In this document: in pieces, positions 15,734-24,472 of the stretch
Layout of the letters: each line of letters starts with the position of its first letter
Position numbering within the stretch: position 1 is the stretch's first letter
Assembly: GCA_016793925.1 (NCBI GenBank)
Contig: JAEULH010000068.1
Span: 40,483 to 104,482, forward strand
From: Rhodospirillales bacterium
Lineage (GTDB): Bacteria; Pseudomonadota; Alphaproteobacteria; Rhodospirillales; Defluviicoccaceae
Reading direction: 5' to 3'
DNA: 64,000 bases
Program-made: the position numbers and the translations under genes
Notes under the pieces: model-generated
Databases searched by the model: none
Told to the model about the DNA's origin: nothing
What the model saw: the letters and a program-made list of their open reading frames with translations, nothing else

Positions 15734-17692
15734 ATGTTCACGACCAAGTCATTTCTTGCGCTGGCCATGGCTGTAGCACTGCCGGTCGCTCTTGAGAGCG
15801 CAGCATCCGCGGCGGCCATCGAACTTTCTCCTCCTCCGCCCCCGGCGTCGCCGGCCGTTTCGCCGTTGGACGCCAGCTTTCCCTTGTTCATCGAGTCCGG
15901 CAGCGACCAGGCCTATATCGACGCGGACGGCAACGTTTGGCGGGCCGACGTTGGCTTCGTCGGCGGCGCGATCACCGATCGTGGTGCGGTCGAAATCGAC
16001 GGAACCACAGACGACCGCATCTACCAGACCGAGCGCTATGGCCTGACGGGATATGCTGTCAAGGTCCCGAACGGCACGTACGGCGTCAGCCTGCACTTCG
16101 CCGAGACCTTCCAGGATATCGCCGGCAAGCGGATCTTCTCTGTCGAGGTGGAGGACCAAAAGATTGCCGATCTCGACGTCTTCGCCGAAGCCGACGGCAA
16201 GAACAAGGCTCTGGTGAAGACGTTCGACAACGTCATCGTCAGCGACGGCGAGTTGAACATCAACTTCACTGGCAAAAGCCCGATCGTCAACGGCATCGAG
16301 ATCGTCGACACGGCGCCGGCGCCGACGGTCGCGATGGACTTCGTTGGTGGTCCCGTTGCCGAAGACGCACCGGCTGGCTATCGCGTCGGAACCGTCACAG
16401 CCTCGTCAACAGGCGACTCCGCCTTCCATTACAGCTTGATCGACGACGCCGACGGTCGCTTCGTCATCGACGCCGAGAGTGGCGACCTTACGCTCGCAGC
16501 GGAAGGGGTGCTTGATTACGAGCTTGCGACCTCGCACAAGGTGGTTGTGTCGGCGACCGACGCAGAAGGCGTGAGCACGGAAGCCACCTTTACCATCGTG
16601 GTTCTCGATGTCGCGGAGCACACGACCGAGTTGCAGATTACGCATCTCGTTCCGGAAAATGCGCAGGCTGGCGCGACGGTCGGCGTCATTTCACCGATCG
16701 ACCCGCATGCGGCGCCAGGCGTCAGCTATTCCTTGAGCGATGACGCGGAAGGCCGGTTCACGATCGATGCCGCCAGTGGCAAGGTCGAAGTCGCCGAGGA
16801 TAACAGCCTGGATTATGAGGTCGCCCCGAGCCATGTGATCACGGTCTCCGCAAGCAATAGCGCCGGCCTCGTGCTCAACCAGTCATTCACGGTCGAGCTC
16901 GAAGACATCAACGAGCCGCCGACCTCAGTCAGCCTCAGCGCTCAGTCGGTCGAAGACAAGGCTCCGGGCGGCACGGTTGTCGGCGTTGCTTCGGCAACCG
17001 ATCCGGATGCGGGCGAGACTCTCACGTATGCGCTGACCGACGATGCGGATGGGCGCTTCGCCATCGACGCCGAGAGCGGTGTTGTCAGCGTCACGGCGGA
17101 CGCCGGGCTCGATCACGAGGCGGCGGCGAGCCATCGCATCGTGATTGCGGTGTCCGACACTGTCGGACACGTGCACAGCGAAGGCTTCACGATCACGGTC
17201 GAAGCGCCGACGGACTTGCCGTCGGGCGAACTCATCGAAGCCGGCAGCGAAACCGATTATGTCGACGAAACCGGTCGCCGCTGGGCAGCGGATACCGGCT
17301 TTGTCGACGGGCAGATCGTCGATCGCGGCGCCATCGAGATCGCCGGTACCGACAACGACCGGATCTATCAGACCGAGCGCTGGGGCGTTTCCGCCTATTC
17401 CCTACCGACGGCCAGCGGCATCTACACGGTCAAGCTCCACTTTGCCGAGACCTCGGACAAAGTGACCGTTGCCGGTAAGCGAGTGTTCTCGGTCGATGTC
17501 GAGGGACAGGCGCTGAACGACATCGACGTCTTTGCCGCCGCGGGCAATAACACGGCTCTTGTCAAAACCGTATCCAACGTCGTTGTCGACGATGGCCACC
17601 TGGACATTGCGTTCCAGCGGAAGTCGGGAGAGCCGATCATCGACGCCATCGAGATCGAACCGGTCCTGACCTGCGCGCCGAGCGCCCACTAG
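15734..17692 (+). CDS. secreted malectin - 3x cadherin-like - malectin protein
   Basis: Signal peptide MFTTKSFLALAMAVALPVALESAASAAA. Two malectin-like domains (nt ~15884-16306 and ~17228-17662; DRIYQTERYG/WG...LHFAET...KRIFSVEVE/KRVFSVDVE). Three ~95-aa repeats carry the DDADGRF.IDA.SG motif. Confidence 0.8.
   Translation: MFTTKSFLALAMAVALPVALESAASAAAIELSPPPPPASPAVSPLDASFPLFIESGSDQAYIDADGNVWRADVGFVGGAITDRGAVEIDGTTDDRIYQTERYGLTGYAVKVPNGTYGVSLHFAETFQDIAGKRIFSVEVEDQKIADLDVFAEADGKNKALVKTFDNVIVSDGELNINFTGKSPIVNGIEIVDTAPAPTVAMDFVGGPVAEDAPAGYRVGTVTASSTGDSAFHYSLIDDADGRFVIDAESGDLTLAAEGVLDYELATSHKVVVSATDAEGVSTEATFTIVVLDVAEHTTELQITHLVPENAQAGATVGVISPIDPHAAPGVSYSLSDDAEGRFTIDAASGKVEVAEDNSLDYEVAPSHVITVSASNSAGLVLNQSFTVELEDINEPPTSVSLSAQSVEDKAPGGTVVGVASATDPDAGETLTYALTDDADGRFAIDAESGVVSVTADAGLDHEAAASHRIVIAVSDTVGHVHSEGFTITVEAPTDLPSGELIEAGSETDYVDETGRRWAADTGFVDGQIVDRGAIEIAGTDNDRIYQTERWGVSAYSLPTASGIYTVKLHFAETSDKVTVAGKRVFSVDVEGQALNDIDVFAAAGNNTALVKTVSNVVVDDGHLDIAFQRKSGEPIIDAIEIEPVLTCAPSAH
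16328..17200 (+). repeat. three tandem cadherin-like coding repeats (~290 nt each)
   Basis: Repeats are VAEDAPAGYRVGTV...FTIVVLDV, VPENAQAGATVGVI...FTVELEDINEPP and SVEDKAPGGTVVGV...FTITVEAP. Confidence 0.75.
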
Positions 17693-17797
17693 TCCGGCTC
17701 CCACCAACAGACGCGCTTAAGGACGAGCGGGCTTACCCGATATGGCGGCCAGCCCGCTCGCGCCACCGCATTCACCACAAGGCGTGAGAGAAACGTA

Positions 17798-19891
17798 TTG
17801 ACAAAGACTCAGACCACTGCAGCCGTGCTTGCTGCAAGCGTCTTGGCGGCCGTTCTCGGTTCGCCGCCCGCACAAGCAAGGATCGATTTGCCAAGCAAAG
17901 CCGTCGTCGCGATGGTGTTCATGAATTGTCCGGACTACGTCGATCAGTGCCCGCCCAAGCTCAATGGCTACTCGGCGAGGGAGATGATTGACAACTACAA
18001 GGCGAGCGTCAAGGACATGGCGGACGCCGGCGTAAGGGTCGCCGCTATGGACACCTTCCCCGGCGCCGGAAGAGCTGCCCGCGTCGGCTACTTCGCGACA
18101 GCGGTCAAGGAATATAACAATGAACATCCGGGCACCGATTTCTGCCAGTTTCCCGTCTACGACCTCGCCGGCTGGAAGAGTGCCGATGTCATCGACGTGC
18201 TGAAGAAATCCGACGCGTCCGGCACGAACTGCGTCAAAGACGGCCAGCCTATTATCGGCGCCTGGAACACCAAGGTGTGCGATTCGAATTACTACCTCAG
18301 CAACGTCATAAACCCGATCAAGCAGGCCGGCTTGGGTACGCCCTACTTCTGGGGATATTTCCATCCCGGAGATATTAACGCGTTCAAAACGTCGGTCAGT
18401 AATTGCAAACAGCCGTTTGCCAAGGCAGGGGTGCCTTTCTCGTGGTTCCAGTTCTTCAGCGGGAACCCGGCCCACCACAAGAATCAGGAGAACATCAAGG
18501 CCGCCGCGGATCCGGCCGGCGTTCTTTTCGCACCCGGCATCCCGACGTCACGCGCAAGCAATTGCAGTGTGACCGGCGCCTGCGCGCCCAGCGCGAAAAC
18601 GAGCCGGCCGGCGTTCATGTATCACAACGGCTTCGAGGGCTTCGTCCGCGCCTGGCGCGCGGCTCTTCCTGGCGGCGCGCTCTCGCTGAAGGGGCCGAAG
18701 CCGATCGACTATGTCTGGCTGACGATGTGGAGCGACTACGGCGAGGACGCGCTGCACAGCCCGGCGTTGGATCCCGATCCTGCCCGACCGGCCTACCGGA
18801 AGGCGGCGACGCCGTTCCCCTTCTTCAGGTACAGCTACAGCGTCTCCAACTGGACACACCGGGGATTTTGGCGGCTGGACAAGGCGTTCAGCGAGTGGTT
18901 CCTGAGCGGCCGCAAGCCGGACACACAGACCGAATCGATCGAGTGGGCCTACCGGCAACATCCGGCGAACCTCCCGGCCCCGGCCGGTGACTTCTGCAAA
19001 TCCGCAACGCCCAGCGTCGTTGGCACCGCAGGCGGCGCATTGCCGCCGGACCGCGTCTACGTCACTTCACTGCTCAACGCGCCGGCCGATTTGTACGTCC
19101 AACTGGACGGCACCACGACAGGTCCCATTTCGTTGCCCGCCGGTCAGGCGTTCGCCAACGACCTCGCGGATATCCAGACCTGGGCCGACTACGGGCGTAA
19201 CAGGCTCGGCACGCCGCATTTTGTGCTTAAGCGAGACTTGAACGGTGACGGTCGTCGTGACGAAGTTGCCTGGGAAGGCGACGGGCTGCTTGAGATTACC
19301 GACCGCCCTTTGCAGTGGGACGGCAAGTCGGTGAGTCGCAACTTTAACCACTATGCGGATTATGCCGACCTCCCGGATACTGGCGAAGACTTCCCCGATC
19401 CGCCCGCCGACGACGACGGGCTGCCGCTGCGCATAAATGCCGGAAGCAGCGGCGATCTCAGTTCGGCCGGCCTGACCTGGGCCGCTGATCGCGGCTTTAT
19501 CGGTGGCGCCTCGGTTGATCGCGGTCCGATCGCCGTCGCCAATGCCGCAGACGAGCGGATCTACCGCACGGAACGTTGGGGTCTGGACGGTTATACCCTG
19601 CCGCTTCCCGTCGGCATGTACGCGGTCCGGCTTCACTTCGCCGAGACATCCGCAGGCGTGGTCGAGAGCGGCAAGCGCGTCTTCTCGGTCGATGTCGAAG
19701 GAAGACGCCTCGACAATCTCGACGTGTTCGCCGAAGCCGGTGGAGCACGAAAGGCGTTGGTCAAGACATTCGACAATGTCATCGTGCGCGATGGCGAGTT
19801 GGATATCGCCTTCGAGCGCAAGCTGGGCGAACCGATGATCGATGCTCTGGAGGTCGAGCCGTTGCTCGCCTGTCCGGCATCGGCACTGTAA
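17798..19891 (+). CDS. secreted GH71-like (alpha-1,3-glucanase-like) protein with a C-terminal malectin domain
   Basis: TTG start. Signal peptide MTKTQTTAAVLAASVLAAVLGSPPAQA. IDYVWLTMWSDYGEDALHSP and WAYRQHPANLPAP resemble fungal GH71 VEIVTWNDYGESHYIGP and WARLYPANANAP as I remember them. The third malectin copy is at nt ~19421-19888. Confidence 0.65.
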   Translation: MTKTQTTAAVLAASVLAAVLGSPPAQARIDLPSKAVVAMVFMNCPDYVDQCPPKLNGYSAREMIDNYKASVKDMADAGVRVAAMDTFPGAGRAARVGYFATAVKEYNNEHPGTDFCQFPVYDLAGWKSADVIDVLKKSDASGTNCVKDGQPIIGAWNTKVCDSNYYLSNVINPIKQAGLGTPYFWGYFHPGDINAFKTSVSNCKQPFAKAGVPFSWFQFFSGNPAHHKNQENIKAAADPAGVLFAPGIPTSRASNCSVTGACAPSAKTSRPAFMYHNGFEGFVRAWRAALPGGALSLKGPKPIDYVWLTMWSDYGEDALHSPALDPDPARPAYRKAATPFPFFRYSYSVSNWTHRGFWRLDKAFSEWFLSGRKPDTQTESIEWAYRQHPANLPAPAGDFCKSATPSVVGTAGGALPPDRVYVTSLLNAPADLYVQLDGTTTGPISLPAGQAFANDLADIQTWADYGRNRLGTPHFVLKRDLNGDGRRDEVAWEGDGLLEITDRPLQWDGKSVSRNFNHYADYADLPDTGEDFPDPPADDDGLPLRINAGSSGDLSSAGLTWAADRGFIGGASVDRGPIAVANAADERIYRTERWGLDGYTLPLPVGMYAVRLHFAETSAGVVESGKRVFSVDVEGRRLDNLDVFAEAGGARKALVKTFDNVIVRDGELDIAFERKLGEPMIDALEVEPLLACPASAL

Positions 19892-20105
19892 GGACTCGAG
19901 ATGACCCGCGCTTGGAGCCCACCGCGGCGACCTCCGGGCGCGGGCATCACGATTCGAAAAGCACGCATCCTGGCCGGTGGCGCCCGGCAATGGAGAGCAG
20001 GGCCGTTGGCGCTACTCGCTGATGAACGGGGGCCACACCCCCGCTGAAATCCGCCTGACCGAAACGTCTCGCCAAGCGCTCACCACAGCAGAAGATCGGT
20101 ACAGA

Positions 20106-21572
20106 TCACGCGGCAAGTGCGTGACGGGCGAGCTTCAGGTCGTCGACAAATCGAGCGTACTCGCGCTCCTTGGCGTCTTCGTCGGGCAGGCGGAGCAGGT
20201 AGGACGGATGCACCGTAATGAGCGTCTTCTGTTTCTGGCGGAGCTCAAAGAGCCGGCCGCGCTCGCGGCCGATCTTCACCTCGCGGGAAAACACCCCGCG
20301 ACCAGCGGTCGCGCCCATGGCGACAATCACTTGCGGCGCCACAGCCTCGATCTCGGCATCGAGCCAGTAACGGCAGGCATCGATTTCGAATATGCTGGGC
20401 TTCTGATGGAGCCGACGCGTCCCGCGTATGACGTACTTGAAGTGCTTGACCGCATTGCTGACGTAGACCGTCTTTCGCTCGATCCCGGCGTCGTTCAGAG
20501 CCCGGTCGAGCACGGCGCCGGCGGGGCCGACGAACGGCCGCCCGGAGACGTCTTCCTTGTCCCCCGGCTGCTCACCGACCAGCATGAGCGGGGCGTCCGC
20601 CGGTCCTTCGCCGAAAACCGTCTGAGTCGCAGGCTCCCATAACGGACACCGCGTGCAATGCGCCGCCGCCCGCCTAAGCTGGTCGAGGCTGGCTGCCGGC
20701 ATGGTATCTTCCTCCCTGTTGGCGCCGACCCGAGGCCGCACCGGCGCGAGAGGGTGGCGCTGCTTTGGAAGTGCAGTGGGTGGCGCCTCAAGCATAAGCC
20801 GGGTGCGTCGACCGGCCTCCGCCGCCAGCGGTCGGATCAGCGCGGCCTCGGGCAGGTTTTTCCAGTATTTCACCGGCATCTGCGCTTTCATCGCCGCTGT
20901 ATTGAGCCGCGCCGGGTTGAAAATGCTGGCGTAGTAGGTTCGCCAATAGGCCTCCAGGGCATCATCGGTCGGAACGACGTTTTTGCTGGCGCCGGGGCCG
21001 TACGACAGCGCCGCAAGATCCCAGTGGGCGCTCGCCTCCGGGGTCAAGATCGACCACCGCATGGAAGCGAAGCGCTCGGCGAAGAACGGCGCCGTCTCCG
21101 TCAGGATGTGATGATCCGGCTCAAACCAGGCGATGTAGAAGTCGTCGCTTCCAGCGTCCTTGATTTCCCGAAACCGTAAGAACGCCTTCATCTTGTGGAT
21201 GTCTCGACGCACAGCATGGACCATCGACTCGACGCGGCGGACCTGCGGGTCGGGGGCGATCTCGAGCAGGTGACGCTCGCCGTGCGCCATCCGCCAAACC
21301 ATCTCGTAGAGCAGGGAGAAGCGGTCGGATGCGCTATGGAGTACGACGCGGCGCGCAAGATCGAGAAAGCGGCGCGGCACGCGAAACGCATCATTCTCCG
21401 CGGTACCTGCGCATCGCGAACCGTTCGCGTTAGCCGTGGCGAACAGGTCGGGGGCGCTATCGTCCACGCGAAATGTGACGGTGTCGGGCGGGTGCCCAGC
21501 GGCGAGAAGCCGGCGCGCGTGAGTCCGCCAGCCGACGAAGTCGGAATTCCCCGAGAGCCTCACCTCAATCAT
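20106..21572 (-). CDS. DUF4130-type domain fused to a UdgX-like family-4 uracil-DNA glycosylase domain
   Basis: The C-terminal half has HCTRCPLW (Fe-S Cys), VFGEGP...LVGEQPGDKED..GRPFVGPAG, and NAVKHFKYVIRGTRRLHQKPS (the KRRIH-type loop of M. smegmatis UdgX). The N-terminal half matches the usual partner domain of the radical-SAM gene next door. Confidence 0.85.
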   Translation of the reverse strand: MIEVRLSGNSDFVGWRTHARRLLAAGHPPDTVTFRVDDSAPDLFATANANGSRCAGTAENDAFRVPRRFLDLARRVVLHSASDRFSLLYEMVWRMAHGERHLLEIAPDPQVRRVESMVHAVRRDIHKMKAFLRFREIKDAGSDDFYIAWFEPDHHILTETAPFFAERFASMRWSILTPEASAHWDLAALSYGPGASKNVVPTDDALEAYWRTYYASIFNPARLNTAAMKAQMPVKYWKNLPEAALIRPLAAEAGRRTRLMLEAPPTALPKQRHPLAPVRPRVGANREEDTMPAASLDQLRRAAAHCTRCPLWEPATQTVFGEGPADAPLMLVGEQPGDKEDVSGRPFVGPAGAVLDRALNDAGIERKTVYVSNAVKHFKYVIRGTRRLHQKPSIFEIDACRYWLDAEIEAVAPQVIVAMGATAGRGVFSREVKIGRERGRLFELRQKQKTLITVHPSYLLRLPDEDAKEREYARFVDDLKLARHALAA

Positions 21573-22792
21573 GTTTCGAAAAGTTCGAGTTGGCGTGGCG
21601 TATGCGCAATGCGGGCCGGCAGATCCTCGGCGCGGAGGTCATTGTTTCGCGGGCGATAGTCAGACGCGATGATGAACGGCATGACTTTGCGCAGGGCGAC
21701 GCGCAGGCGTCCCAGATCCTCGAGCCGGACAGCGGCGCGCCGGCGCGTGGCGAGAATCCGCGCAACCGAACGCACGCCCAGCCCTGGCACACGCAGCAAG
21801 CTCTCACGATCGGCGCGATTGACATCGACGGGGAAGCGCTCGCGGTGAGTCAGCGCCCAGGCGAGCTTCGGATCGACGGCGAGATCGAGCATGTCGTCGA
21901 CGCACGAAGCCACAATCTCTTCCAGCTGAAAGTCGTAGTAGCGTAATAGCCAGTCGGCCTGATAGAGCCGGTGTTCGCGAACCAAGGGTGCGGCGTCAAG
22001 CGGCAGTCGTGCATGAGGGTCGGGTATCGGGCTGAACGCCGAATAATAAACCCGGCGCAAGCCGTAAGAAGCGTATAGCCGGGCACTGGCCTGAAGAATG
22101 GCGCGGTCGCTGGCCTTATCGGCGCCTACAATCATCTGCGTGCTTTGACCGGCCGGGGCGAAGGGCGGTGCCTTGCGCTCGGCCCTGGCTTCATCGATGC
22201 GCTGGCGAAGATCGCCCATCTGCCCGCGGATCGCGCGCGCGTTCTTCTCCGGTGCAAGGTCGCTCAGGCCCGCGTCCGTCGGCATCTCGATGTTGACGCT
22301 CAGGCGATCGGCATGAAGCCCGGCAGCGGCGACGGCCTCGGAGGACGCGCCAGGCACTGCCTTCAGGTGTATGTAGCCGCGAAAACCGTGATCGAGCCGA
22401 AGCTTGCGGGCGACCGCCGCAAGCTGCTCCATCGTATAGTCCGGATCACGAATGATGCCGGAGCTCAAAAACAATCCCTCAATGTAGTTTCGCTTGTAGA
22501 ATGCCAGCGTCAGGTCGACCACCTCATCGACGCTGAAACGCGCGCGGCGGACATTGCTCGACCTTCGGTTGACGCAATAGAGGCAGTCGAACGTGCAAAC
22601 GTTCGTCAGCAGAAGCTTCAGCAGCGAGATGCAGCGGCCATCCGGGGCGTAGCTGTGGCATATCCCCATCCGAGCGGTCGAGCCGATGCCCCCGGTCGCA
22701 GCCGCCGAGCGCGCGGGTGCGCCGCTTGACGCGCAGGAGGCGTCATATTTCGCGGCGTCAGCGAGGATCGCGAGCTTGTCGCGCAGCTCCAT
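21569..22792 (-). CDS. putative DNA modification/repair radical SAM protein
   Basis: LAILADAAKYDASCASSG, then CTFDCLYCVNRR (CxxxCxxC). The stop overlaps the downstream gene start (ATGA). The ATG at 22792 is preferred because the LexA box lies inside the longer track ORF. Confidence 0.85.
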   Translation of the reverse strand: MELRDKLAILADAAKYDASCASSGAPARSAAATGGIGSTARMGICHSYAPDGRCISLLKLLLTNVCTFDCLYCVNRRSSNVRRARFSVDEVVDLTLAFYKRNYIEGLFLSSGIIRDPDYTMEQLAAVARKLRLDHGFRGYIHLKAVPGASSEAVAAAGLHADRLSVNIEMPTDAGLSDLAPEKNARAIRGQMGDLRQRIDEARAERKAPPFAPAGQSTQMIVGADKASDRAILQASARLYASYGLRRVYYSAFSPIPDPHARLPLDAAPLVREHRLYQADWLLRYYDFQLEEIVASCVDDMLDLAVDPKLAWALTHRERFPVDVNRADRESLLRVPGLGVRSVARILATRRRAAVRLEDLGRLRVALRKVMPFIIASDYRPRNNDLRAEDLPARIAHTPRQLELFET

Positions 22793-22823
22793 GTTTTCAT
22801 CAACCCGCTCGACCACATCGTTT

Positions 22824-22838
22824 GTTCCAGATTTGTTC
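22824..22838 (-). promoter_or_regulatory. candidate alphaproteobacterial LexA (SOS) box (GTTCCAGATTTGTTC on the + strand)
   Basis: Exact GTTC-N7-GTTC, 32-46 nt upstream of the radical-SAM ATG. Confidence 0.55.
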
Positions 22839-22951
22839 TGGATCGCTGCAATGCAAGGGGTCAATGCAAAACGATGGCGGCTCTCGCGCCAAGCGCTTTT
22901 GCACGCCGCCGCCAGGCCCGACGCCCGCCAACGATCAGCCGCAATCCGCCA

Positions 22952-23530
22952 TCAGTAAGGCACGCCGCCGGAGCGGGCTGCCCTCAGCGCATTTGCGTAC
23001 CACTCCAGCTCGTCGAGAAAGCGGCCGACCCGCCGCTCATGGGCTTTTTCGCGTGCCGTGCCATCCTCGTCGAACTGCGCACCGATCTTCGCAACCGGGT
23101 ACAGCGAAGGGATCGAAGGCATGCCAAGCTCGGCCAGCGTCGCCCGTAGCTGAACGGCGGCGCGCACACCGCCGAACGTCCCCGCCGAGTAGCAGGCGAT
23201 GGCGGACGGCCGCCAGAACCACTCCTCGAGAAAGTGGTCGAGCAGATTTTTCAGCGCCGGGGGTATGCCGTGGTTGTACTCGCCGCTGACGATGAGAAAG
23301 CCGTCTGCGCGGCGCAGGTAGGCTGCCACCTCCTCCAGGGGGGCCGGCGCCTCGCCATCCGGATATTCCTTGTACATGCGGTCGAGCAGCGGCAGGCGCA
23401 GCTCAAGCGGATCGAGCAGGTGAGCCGCATGACCGCGGGCTTCGACCTGACGAACCAGAAAGCGTGCAAGCTTGATGCCCTGCCGAGCGCTTCGCACGGA
23501 GCCGTAGACGATGACGATATCGAGCGGCAT
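22952..23530 (-). CDS. NADPH-dependent FMN reductase family protein
   Basis: MPLDIVIVYGSVRSARQGIKLARFL...FLIVSGEYNHGIPPALKN is typical of the flavodoxin-like FMN reductase family. The start was set at the internal ATG 23530. Confidence 0.8.
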   Translation of the reverse strand: MPLDIVIVYGSVRSARQGIKLARFLVRQVEARGHAAHLLDPLELRLPLLDRMYKEYPDGEAPAPLEEVAAYLRRADGFLIVSGEYNHGIPPALKNLLDHFLEEWFWRPSAIACYSAGTFGGVRAAVQLRATLAELGMPSIPSLYPVAKIGAQFDEDGTAREKAHERRVGRFLDELEWYANALRAARSGGVPY

Positions 23531-23766
23531 GGCGAACGACTCCTGTGCTGGTGGCCGGCAGCGCCTCGGCGACGTAGGGGCGAGCTTAAAGAGGCTCCGC
23601 AAGCATTGCACCAGCCGAAGCGGGATGACATGGTGAACGCCGTACGCCGCCGCTTGTTGGCGTGTCGTGCGACCATAAGTCTGATCCATTGCCGATTGAG
23701 CTGCTGGCGCTGTCGCCTCCGGGTGGCGGACCATGTGCTGCCGTACGGAACCGGAAGGAGATTTGC

Positions 23767-24102
23767 GTGAGCATCGGCATTAACACCGCCGCCGGAGAGA
23801 AGCTGACCTCATACGCCGAGCGTATGGAGCGGCTCCTCGACGACATCGACGCGCTCAAGGACGACTTGAAGGACCTCAAATCCCAGATCAAGGGCGACGG
23901 CTACAACGTCCCGGCGCTGACCCGGCTGGTCGCCATAAGGCGGAACAAGCGTCGCGCCGACCTCGAGGCTGAGCTTCTGAACGACCTTATCCTTTACGCC
24001 CACGCGACCGGAACGCCTCTCGACATCGCGTTTGGCGACGATGAGCCGAGGGAAACACCACCAGCGCCGGTAATGGCCGACGATCCGGTACAAGACGACT
24101 GA
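23767..24102 (+). CDS. gapR: DUF2312/GapR-family nucleoid-associated protein with an acidic C-terminal extension
   Basis: GEKLTSYAERMERLLDDIDALKDDLKDLKSQIKGDGYNVPALTRLVAIRRNKRRADLEAELLNDLILYAHATG matches the GapR pattern. GTG start at 23767. Confidence 0.75.
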   Translation: MSIGINTAAGEKLTSYAERMERLLDDIDALKDDLKDLKSQIKGDGYNVPALTRLVAIRRNKRRADLEAELLNDLILYAHATGTPLDIAFGDDEPRETPPAPVMADDPVQDD

Positions 24103-24157
24103 GCTGATCGAGGCGACCGGCCGTCGCCCGGTAGAGGGAATGCCACCACCATAGAGC

Positions 24158-24430
24158 GTGACAGCCGTCACTGTCACGCGCGTTCCGTTAAGCCATTGTC
24201 AACGTCTGGCGGCACTGGCAGCAATGGAGGGCACCATGGTGGCACAAGCGCACGACGTGTGGCCCAAGGAACAAACCGAAGTCGAGGGCATCAGCTACGA
24301 ACAAGAGGCACTCGGCACGGACGAGCGGCCGGTTGCCGATCTCAGCCGGCTCGAACTGCCGCTTTGCTTCGCATCGGCTGTCCTGACACTGGTCGGCATC
24401 GGTTCGGCTCTGCAGCGCATCTTCTCATAG
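24158..24430 (+). CDS. possible small C-terminally anchored membrane protein
   Basis: Track ORF only, with a hydrophobic tail LPLCFASAVLTLVGIGSAL. No family recognised, and it may not be expressed. Confidence 0.25.
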   Translation: MTAVTVTRVPLSHCQRLAALAAMEGTMVAQAHDVWPKEQTEVEGISYEQEALGTDERPVADLSRLELPLCFASAVLTLVGIGSALQRIFS

Positions 24431-24472
24431 ATCCCGTCGGGGTGCCCGGGCGGAAAAAATGCCGTCACCTTG

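Noticed and set aside
17724-17760. CGAGCGGGCT-N17-AGCCCGCTCG inverted repeat between the two malectin genes, considered as a terminator.
   Set aside because: The loop is large and no U tract follows, and the next gene starts 38 nt later. It may be a processing or attenuation element, but the evidence is too weak to call.
15884-19888. The three similar malectin-coding segments considered as VR/TR pairs of a diversity-generating retroelement (the capsid module resembles BPP-1-type prophages).
   Set aside because: No reverse transcriptase ORF exists anywhere in the window. The copies differ throughout (roughly 60-70% amino-acid identity by eye) rather than only at adenine-templated positions. 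They are whole functional domains in frame.
2653-20105. Search for integrase, excisionase, tRNA/tmRNA target and att direct repeats delimiting the phage island.
   Set aside because: None was found by reading both flanks and all track ORFs. The island boundaries are therefore given only approximately, from gene content and composition.
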